15,469 bases of DNA, from the NCBI GenBank assembly GCA_018985225.1, contig JADGIF010000189.1, positions 1-15,469 on the forward strand, in the 5' to 3' direction. A program made the position numbers and the translations under genes. The notes under the pieces are model-generated. The model did not search any database. It had not been told where the DNA came from and was given only the letters and a program-made list of their open reading frames with translations. Numbering within the stretch: position 1 is the first letter of the stretch; each line of letters opens with the position of its first letter. This document shows positions 8,444-15,469 of the stretch, one piece after another. Source of the DNA: Amoeboradix gromovi X-113 (lineage: Eukaryota > Fungi > Sanchytriomycota).

Positions 8444-10759
8444 ATGATCGCTTTGTATGATTGGCCCCAATCAGCAGGTTTCCCTTGTGACAAAATTATG
8501 AAATCTTCTTTTTCGAAGGAAATCGCCAATCAATTTCCAACTTTAAATCTAGATCCGGAGATTGATTTGCTATCTCAGCTCTTCGAAATTCGTAAGTCCA
8601 ACCCCATCAATTCTCAGATATTCATGGACACGGACCACGCAATTTTCAAAATCCAATCTAATCAATTCGAATTTACCCGCCAAGTCTCACGAAAACTGGT
8701 ACAACAAATTCAAAACAACTTTATAGATGTTAAGACCATCAAACCTAATCAATTTCTAGTGAATTCTTTATTTGAAAAACCATTTTACTGGACTCCTCTT
8801 CATTGTGCTTGCTATTATGGTAAACTAAATGCTGTCCAGCAACTGCTAGATATGGGATATGACATTTATTTACGCGATCAATGGTATGGTGGTTTTCCTC
8901 TTGCATGGGCTGCGTTCAACAACCATGTTGACGTATGCCAATACTTGATCTCCAAAGGCGCTGCTATAGTCCAAACCAACTTTTATCATCAATCCGCATT
9001 CGATATTGCAACAAGTCCTTTGCATCCTAAATGGTACTTTCTTCACCCACATTCTACTCCTGAATCCTGCCATTACCTCGATATATTACAAATTTTGAAA
9101 GAGACGGATCTATTGCAGTTGTTTATGGAGCTACCGGACAAACCTAGCTATCCTGACTACTATCAAATAATCAAAAGTCCAATTTCCATCCAACAGATTG
9201 AAGCCAAATTGTTCAATTTTATCAAACATGTGCAGCCCTACTCTGTGGAGCAGTTTGCCCATGACTTGTTGTTGCTTTTTGCGAACGCATTTACATATAA
9301 CATTCCTGAATCGAATATTTATAAAAATGCTTTATTTCTTCAATACCAGACAATTCATCAGTTTAATACCAAGTTGAATATACAACTAAATGCTAAAATA
9401 CAATTAAAATGGGAGAGAACGCTTATCGACTGCAACATTCCAAATATTCATTTAAATGACCACGTTCTGTTAAATAACAATACCATCATGCATATACGAA
9501 GCTTTTCTGATGATTCTATAACTGGCACGGTGTTCAATCCTACTACCTCTACAAATAAAGTGCCTCGGCCTGTTTGTGCTGCAAACACTTCAACTACTTC
9601 AATAGCTAATATTATTAAACCTGTTTGGGTTCTATCACTATCTGAACATTGTAACTATACCATGAATGATTCTGATAATCTCTATGTTTGCTTGGAAAGC
9701 GATGAAGTGGAGTGCTTCACTTGTCCCCTCTATTTGTTAAACATTCGCACTACTCCATTAGTGGTAGAGAAAAATGTTCCTGCAGTAGACAGTACCCCAA
9801 TTAGTAACATAACATACGGATCCTATTTGAAGGGTAGGCAGGAATGGACATTGTTAGAAATTAGCAAAATGATGGGAATCAAAGTGCAGGATCTGCAGTT
9901 GATGCTTCAGCCGTTGAATCCACCTAGAGTGTTGAAGTTTAATCAGAATGCCGTTGAGATATTAACAACGACTAAATCATGCGAGCAGTTGCAGATCATA
10001 ACCACAGATGGTATTGGTCATGTGCGTCGAAGAAATAGCAACGTTGCTAATTATCATAATGGGTTTAGTCAGTACCATCACTACAAGCCACAGAAATACC
10101 AGCAGCCTTCGTCTAAACCATATTACCATCCTAGACCACAGCTGCAACAGCAGCAGGTAAAACAACCTCAGATAGCTGCATCAAGTAATAACATGATAAA
10201 TATCAGTGAGTTGGATGAATTAAACATGCTTCAGAACATAATAATGGATGCAGGCGAGAACTCATTGCTATATGACATTCAAACAACTGAGCAAAAGAAT
10301 TATTGCATAACGTTGCCCGGTGAGATTGACTCGCTAAACGTAGCACCAGTTATAAACAAAAGGTTCTACAAAATTCTCAAGGAAGCAAGCGATACGAGTT
10401 TGTTTAAGAGCAGGGTAAATTTTGATTTTGTGCAATACTATATGGAAGTAACTTTAAACAACGACAAATTGACTAGCCATATGGTAGATGTAAGCAGAAG
10501 TATTATAGACGGAGAAGAATGGAAGGAATGTTTACCAAATTTGATTTATTACACTTGCAATCTAACAAAACAAACAAATGTATTTGAATTTAAAACTGTA
10601 TTTAGAGTGTTTGATTACGAGAATGTAGAACGGGTGATGAATAAGTCTGATTCTGCAGTCAACCTAGAGAGCGCAAAAGAGATAAGCGTCACCACTAGAC
10701 CTGTATTTAGGTACCAGAATGAGCAGATATTTTACATCGTGGTAAATAGAAAAATTTAA
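8444..10759 (+). CDS. Ankyrin-repeat + bromodomain + BAH-like chromatin protein (polybromo/RSC-like), 771 aa
   Basis: Ankyrin repeats aa ~115-190 (WTPLHCACYYG, FPLAWAAFNNH, SAFDIA). Bromodomain aa ~209-307 (LFMELP, YPDYYQIIKSPISI, FANAFTYN, SNIYKNA). BAH-like beta region aa ~333-420 (lower confidence). Q/Y-rich linker, then a beta-rich C-terminal domain. Confidence 0.85.
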   Translation: MIALYDWPQSAGFPCDKIMKSSFSKEIANQFPTLNLDPEIDLLSQLFEIRKSNPINSQIFMDTDHAIFKIQSNQFEFTRQVSRKLVQQIQNNFIDVKTIKPNQFLVNSLFEKPFYWTPLHCACYYGKLNAVQQLLDMGYDIYLRDQWYGGFPLAWAAFNNHVDVCQYLISKGAAIVQTNFYHQSAFDIATSPLHPKWYFLHPHSTPESCHYLDILQILKETDLLQLFMELPDKPSYPDYYQIIKSPISIQQIEAKLFNFIKHVQPYSVEQFAHDLLLLFANAFTYNIPESNIYKNALFLQYQTIHQFNTKLNIQLNAKIQLKWERTLIDCNIPNIHLNDHVLLNNNTIMHIRSFSDDSITGTVFNPTTSTNKVPRPVCAANTSTTSIANIIKPVWVLSLSEHCNYTMNDSDNLYVCLESDEVECFTCPLYLLNIRTTPLVVEKNVPAVDSTPISNITYGSYLKGRQEWTLLEISKMMGIKVQDLQLMLQPLNPPRVLKFNQNAVEILTTTKSCEQLQIITTDGIGHVRRRNSNVANYHNGFSQYHHYKPQKYQQPSSKPYYHPRPQLQQQQVKQPQIAASSNNMINISELDELNMLQNIIMDAGENSLLYDIQTTEQKNYCITLPGEIDSLNVAPVINKRFYKILKEASDTSLFKSRVNFDFVQYYMEVTLNNDKLTSHMVDVSRSIIDGEEWKECLPNLIYYTCNLTKQTNVFEFKTVFRVFDYENVERVMNKSDSAVNLESAKEISVTTRPVFRYQNEQIFYIVVNRKI

Positions 10760-11003
10760 TTTTAATAAAATGCTTTATTCTTGAAAACATTGAATCTTTG
10801 TCTTTCTAAGAAAACTGAGACTTGGCAATGTTTTTAAATATATTATTTGCAAGCATCGTCAGCAAAGGCCTAGAATAATAAAATTGAGCTTCAGAATACA
10901 TATGAGTAAAAGTACCGAGAATATGAATACTATAGGAAGAATGATTACTAAAATGGATTATGTGTTAGCAAATGTGTTTACGAGTTGGAATAGCGTGGCT
11001 TAC

Positions 11004-12751
11004 ATGTCCAATATGGATTCCAAATTACCAACTTTACCAGCAACCAAGAGAATAGGACCGTATATTCTTGGAAAGACATTAGGAATAGGTTCGACAGGTC
11101 GCGTGAAATTGGGAATGCATTATAAAACGAAATCTAGAGTAGCTATAAAAATAGTACCCAAGTTTCCAAATAAAAAAGGTAAATCAGATGACAGCTCATA
11201 CTTCAAAAAACTTGAAAGAGAAATAACAATTATGAAATTAATTCGTCACGATAATATTATGACTCTACATGATGTATATGAAACGAAAGATGAGCTATTT
11301 TTAGTTATGGAGTTGATTGAAGGTGGTGAATTGTTTGACTACCTGGTTAAAAAGGGAAGACTTGGAGAAGAAGAAGCCAGACTGTTTTTTCAACAAATTT
11401 TGTTAGGATTGGATTTCTGCCATCGCCATTTAATATGCCATCGTGATTTAAAGCCCGAAAACTTGCTACTGGATAGCAATAGAAACATTAAAATTGCTGA
11501 TTTTGGGATGGCTAGATTTCAAATGGACGGTAAAATGTTGGAAACCAGTTGTGGCTCGCCTCATTATGCATCTCCAGAAATAATAAAAGGGATTAAATAC
11601 GATGGTCCCCCTAGTGATATTTGGTCCTGCGGTGTTATTTTGTATGCTTTGCTCTCAGGGTCTCTACCTTTTGATGATGACAATATTCGCAGATTATTAG
11701 CCAAAGTTAAGGCTGGTGTTTACCAAATCCCTGAACACATATCATCATCTGCTCAAAACCTTATTGAAAGAATGCTTGTTATTGATCCTAAAAAGCGAAT
11801 TACTATGGATGAAATATTTTACCATCCATGGTTCACAAACGATGGTAAGCAAGGTATCGCGCGCACTCAAATTCCGCGTGAGATACAAGAAGTGGAGCCT
11901 ATTCAGGACATAGACCCTGAAATCGTCAAAAACCTTACATATTTAGGTTGGGAGGAATCCGAGTTGGTGAAACCTCTGATTTCAGAAGATAAAAATATTG
12001 AAAAAATCTTTTACAACTTGCTCTTTGAACGTAAAAAGCATCCTTTCTATCAAATAGATTCAGATGATGATGCCAATTCCTCTGCTGATGGTTCTTCACC
12101 ACGTCGTCGCATAGAGCTGAACAGTAACCACAACTCGAGAGAATCTATGCTTGCTAACATCTATAAAAGACGCAGTGATATGCATTCAAGCTCACCTGAC
12201 ATTTCAAATCTTGATTTAGCATTGGACAAGAAATCTAAAAATACGCTAAATATTCAAATTCCAACTACCAGTGAACCTAACATTGTAAACCCACCCTCTC
12301 CATTCCATAGAAAACATAAAGACCCTAGCCAATACCCTGCAACCCCGATAATGAACGATACACCAACAAAAGTTTATAACTCTGAAATGTTTACTTTCAA
12401 CAAAGATTTACCCACAGTACTTTCACATTAATATAGATATTTGTCTTAAGTACATCTGGTGAAGCTGAGGAAACAATGAAAAAGCTCAAGATTATTTTAG
12501 GCGGATTAAATGTTAAAAGTCAAACCGGTAGAAAACACGGTTTAAAATGCAGGCAGGATTCAGATTCGTTATTTAAGGATGATCCTAAGCCATTAAAATT
12601 TAGAGTAGAATTAGGCACACGACCACCTAGAGAGTCAGATATGGAAATAGATGAATTCTATATAACATTTCAGTTACAGAGTGGTTATCTAGAACAATTT
12701 AAGAAGTTAAATGATGATATTACATTGAGATGGGAAAAATTAAATAAATAG
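11004..12751 (+). CDS. Nim1/Cdr2/Gin4/Hsl1 (BRSK/SAD)-type AMPK-related kinase; join(11004..12416,12437..12751), about 575 aa
   Basis: Motifs IGPYILGKTLGIGSTGRVKLG, HRDLKPEN, LETSCGSPHYASPE and LPFDDDNIRRLL. UBA-like segment IDPEIV...EKIFYNLL. Downstream ORF 12476-12751 resembles the C-terminal KA1-like domain and joins in frame after removal of a 20-nt intron. The start is uncertain; in-frame ATGs include 10902, 11004 and 11013. Confidence 0.88.
12417..12436 (+). other. Predicted 20-nt spliceosomal intron (phase 0), GTACTTTCACATTAATATAG
   Basis: GT..AG ends and an internal in-frame TAA. Removal joins DLPT|IFVLSTSGEAEETMKK. Longer alternatives are also frame-compatible (12372-12436, 65 nt; 12389-12450, 62 nt). 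Confidence 0.72.
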
Positions 12752-12752
12752 A

Positions 12753-12795
12753 ATATCTGAACACATTCGTGAAACTTCATTTCTCGTTCAGATAT
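12753..12795. repeat. 10-bp inverted repeat / stem-loop directly after the kinase stop codon
   Basis: ATATCTGAAC (12753-12762) is the reverse complement of GTTCAGATAT (12786-12795), with a 23-nt spacer. Confidence 0.6.
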
Positions 12796-12873
12796 AACCT
12801 TGGCTAGGTAGCTTATGAGCATTGCCGGTTTGTACCATAATTATCCAAAAAATAAATGTTTCAGGAGGTTTGC

Positions 12874-12936
12874 GGTGTAGCTGGCATCTCCTAAGAATTT
12901 GAGTAGAACAACTGAGTTCAAATCTCAGCTACACCT
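12874..12936 (+). ncRNA. tRNA-like element (perfect acceptor stem and T-arm, no canonical D or anticodon arm); not a standard tRNA
   Basis: 7-bp stem GGTGTAG/CTACACC. T-arm CTGAG-TTCAAAT-CTCAG matches the B-box pattern GTTCRANNC. Only 31 nt separate the acceptor 5' strand from the T-arm. TTTT follows at 12945-12948. Confidence 0.5.
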
Positions 12937-13368
12937 TGTGCACCTTTTCAATGATCTGGATGCTTTTCAGTTGTGAATTATATTGTTTACTTATTTGTAA
13001 ATTCTAACATTTCTGGGTTTTCTCCTTTTAGGTATTTTGTTTTAAAGTATTGATTGGTGAAATCCCGTGTAAATATAGTTTGGATTTAACTGTATCAACA
13101 ACTATTCATAATGGGTTCTCACAAATCATTGAGAGTCAAGATCCATTTAGGAAAGAAAGCAAAACAAAATAGACCTTTACCATATTTAGCAAGAACCAAA
13201 TTAGGTATGCGTTATAATAACAAACGTAGAAACTGGCGAAGAACAAAGACAAAGATCAATTAATAAATTGAAAATTTTAACTACAGAAATAGCACTAACA
13301 CAGCCTTGCAATATGTTTGCGGTGGGCTGCGAAATCTTTTTATCCTTGCTTATCCTCAAAACATCTCC

Positions 13369-13859
13369 ATGTTGAAATCTTATTTGGATCAGCTAATTCC
13401 ATTTACTACACAAAGATGGATAACGTTTGCATTGCTAATAATAATATTTCTGGTACGCGTATTCCATTACCATTTGTTTTATATTTATTTGTATGCCTTG
13501 ATGATATACATTTTGCAACTGTTTCTGCTATTCTTAAGTCCTAAATTCTTGAACGAAAATCCTTCGCTACCTGTCACTTCGAATGATGATGAATTTAGAC
13601 CTTTTGTTCGTAAACTTCCAGAATTTCAGTTTTGGTTGCGAATCACTTCTGGTACAATCCTATGTATTCAATGTTTAATTTAGGCTGTGTTATTAGTATC
13701 TTTCCTTCTTTAGATGTGCCTGTTTATTGGCCAATTCTAGTAATATATTTCTTCTTGTTACTCTTTCTTACAATGAGAAAGCAAGTTCAGCATATGATAC
13801 AATATAGGTATGTTCCAATGACAATAGGAAAGAAGAAATACGCTAAAAGTAATAAATAA
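13369..13859 (+). CDS. RER1: Rer1 Golgi-to-ER retrieval receptor; join(13369..13663,13684..13859), 156 aa
   Basis: Motifs YLD..P....RW, LFLLFLSPK, DDEFRPFVRKLPEFQFW, DVPVYWPILVIYF and TMRKQVQHMIQYRYVP..GKKKY. They are split over two frames that a 20-nt intron joins. Confidence 0.95.
13664..13683 (+). other. Predicted 20-nt spliceosomal intron (phase 1), GTATTCAATGTTTAATTTAG
   Basis: GT..AG ends, and the terminal TAG is an in-frame stop. Removal gives FWLRITSGTILCCVISIFPSLDVPVYWP, matching the Rer1 spacing between FW and DxPVFWP as I recall it. The alternative donor at 13652 (32 nt) would delete 4 residues. Confidence 0.85.
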
Positions 13860-14297
13860 ATTTAATATTTCTTCAGTATTGCAAACGCTCAAGTTATATT
13901 TAAAGTGTATATTAGAAAATAGAAACTAGCCCAGTAATGATATTGTTGCCCATAAAAGACGAAAGATATTGTGCAATTTAATGAAAGAATTTACTAGTCA
14001 GATGTGTACAGATTGCGGGACTGTAAAAAAGAGATCTGCAAACTGTTACTTATGTTGGATAGAGACCAAATGGCGGCAAGGAAGCTACAATTAAGACACA
14101 CGTGCCCATTTTCAATCCAGCCATTGACAGTGGAATCCTATTTAATTACCGTAACAGAGCGATTCGGATCGTCAATTTCTCTGCAGAAATTGTTGTTCTT
14201 CCAGCGACGGCTTGGGATAAAATTTGAAGTCTATCCCTCCTTTAGGTGTTGAGTTTCCACGTGTTTGTCTTCGGATATTTCACTCCTTTTAAACATC

Positions 14298-14756
14298 ATG
14301 TCTGATCATGAATTCGAGTCGGTAGATAGTGGCGCATCCAAAACGTACCCACAACAAGCAAGTGCGCTACGTAAAGGTGGATTTGTTGTTATCAAAGGAA
14401 GAGCATGTAAAATTGTGGATTTGAGTACCTCGAAAACCGGTAAACACGGTCATGCCAAAATTCATATCACTGCTGTAGATATCTTTAATGGCAAGAAATG
14501 TGAAGACCTTACACCTTCTACTGCTAATATGGATGTACCCCATGTAACTAGAAATGAATATACATTGATTGACATCGATGACGGGTTTTTGAGTCTTATG
14601 GACAGCAATGGAGAGACAAAGGACGATATCAAAGTACCGGAAGAAGATCTCGGAAAGTCATTAGTAACTGACTTTGAAGATGGAAAAGATATTCTTGTTA
14701 CTGTGATTTCAGCTATGGGTGAAGAAGCGGTTGTTTCTTTTAAAAATGCAGTCTAA
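14298..14756 (+). CDS. HYP2: Translation factor eIF5A (hypusine-containing), 152 aa
   Basis: ATG 14298 gives [18 protein letters not shown]. The invariant hypusination motif [12 protein letters not shown] is present (Lys49), with C-terminal DDGFLSLM and SAMGEE. Confidence 0.97.
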   Translation: MSDHEFESVDSGASKTYPQQASALRKGGFVVIKGRACKIVDLSTSKTGKHGHAKIHITAVDIFNGKKCEDLTPSTANMDVPHVTRNEYTLIDIDDGFLSLMDSNGETKDDIKVPEEDLGKSLVTDFEDGKDILVTVISAMGEEAVVSFKNAV

Positions 14757-15278
14757 TAAATAAAAAGTCGCTTAAACCTCACTTTGCTTTTATGCTGAGC
14801 ATACAATTTTTTATTGAATCTACAGATTAGCGCCATGAATGTTAGCGCATCACTGTGCCCCAAGGCAAATAATGGACCAATTAAGAATTGCAACATAGTG
14901 CAAGACCATATTCTAAGAATGTACTTGCTTAAGTCAATAAGTGAACAATTTTATCAGCCAATTTTATTGTTAATGATAATGCTGGAACGCTCTGACACAT
15001 TAGCATTGTAGCCTCTTTGGAATTGGATGAGCGTAGTGTCGACTTAATCGTAATTAAAATAGTCTGGTATAATTTATATGGCCGACTCAGTTTCTTTTTT
15101 CTTTTCGTGAAATTGTGGTAAATAAATAATGCAATATTTAATAAAAAACCCATGTTTGCACAAAGTTAAAATTTCCAACCATATTTATTATCTTTACCAT
15201 GAATGAATTCATTAAGAGGCTCAGTGCCATCTTACTTGTGGGCTAAATAAAATTAAACAAATTTGTTATTTTTTTGAA

Positions 15279-15469
15279 ATAAATTGTCGCCAACACTTGT
15301 ACAAGTTTTCTGCTTATTCCGTATTCTTTTACTGTCGCTGCTCTAAGAACATCTGGACTACATGCTCCTCGTAAAAATCCTAATTTCCGCGAAAATCTAG
15401 TTTCCACAGAGAAACTAGCAATGCTAGATGCTCCGTTACAGTGATTGCTCATGCTTTCAGTATACTGAG
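15279..15469 (-). repeat. Diverged dispersed repeat / coding relic, copy B (runs off the right edge)
   Basis: Homologous to 4155-4355. Translations compare as MSNHCNGASSIASFSVET vs VRNHYNGATGFISFSVEI and KEYGISRKLVQVLATIY vs KECELANKLHNLFLTVY. Confidence 0.8.

Noticed and set aside
8429-8446. AGGAGG Shine-Dalgarno-like sequence before ATG 8444
   Set aside because: The gene is clearly eukaryotic, so this is a chance match.
4892-11461. Identical 17-mer GATTTAAAGCCCGAAAA at 4892 and 11445
   Set aside because: It encodes the conserved DLKPEN motif in both kinases, so protein constraint plus codon bias explains it.
1767-11913. Short antisense or alternate-frame ORFs inside the large genes (e.g. 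5698-6234, 4840-5100, 7997-8248, 2940-3260)
   Set aside because: They are shadows of real CDSs with no recognisable motifs, and many rely on non-ATG starts.
12476-12751. 91-aa ORF as a separate gene
   Set aside because: It is better explained as exon 2 (KA1-like tail) of the upstream kinase.
12874-12936. Canonical tRNA-Gln(TTG) gene
   Set aside because: No pairable anticodon stem around TTTGA, and the element is about 10 nt too short. Kept only as tRNA-like.
12947-12977. TGATCTGGAT resembling a TPP riboswitch segment or a SECIS core
   Set aside because: The remaining TPP elements and a thiamine-related gene are absent. The helix is too short for SECIS and no in-frame TGA selenoprotein is nearby.
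12417-13683. Programmed frameshifting, stop-codon reassignment or pseudogenisation as the cause of the two frame breaks
   Set aside because: Both breaks have GT..AG ends with a shared motif and no slippery site. TAA/TAG terminate conserved genes (eIF5A, RER1) at the expected positions, so the code looks standard.
14004-14252. 82-aa ORF between RER1 and eIF5A, and a long antisense frame with one stop
   Set aside because: GTG start, no recognisable family, and no intron matching the TTAATWTAG pattern to rescue it.

Overview
AT-rich, gene-dense eukaryotic nuclear DNA using the standard code (TAA/TAG stops). The gene content (SUR7/PalI-type tetraspanner, Gin4/Cdr2/Hsl1-type kinase, polybromo/RSC-like protein) points to a reduced fungus or close relative; that placement is inference. 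Eight protein genes are supported: an uncharacterised single-pass Cys-rich membrane protein, a CaMKI-like kinase fused to a degenerate sphingomyelinase-like EEP domain, a SUR7/PalI-family protein, a Tyr-rich GPI-type surface protein, an ankyrin-bromodomain-BAH-like chromatin protein, a Nim1/Gin4/BRSK-type kinase, RER1 and eIF5A. The main result is that the only two frame breaks in conserved genes (the kinase and RER1) are each repaired by an exactly 20-nt GT-AG intron. Both share the pattern GTAYT-N6-TTAATWTAG, which suggests an ultra-short spliceosomal intron system. Other notable signals are the kinase/pseudo-sphingomyelinase fusion, a 62-nt tRNA-like element with a possible pseudoknot, two inverted diverged copies of a coding relic, and a 13/26-bp minisatellite. 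All family calls come from motif recognition by eye; no searches were run.
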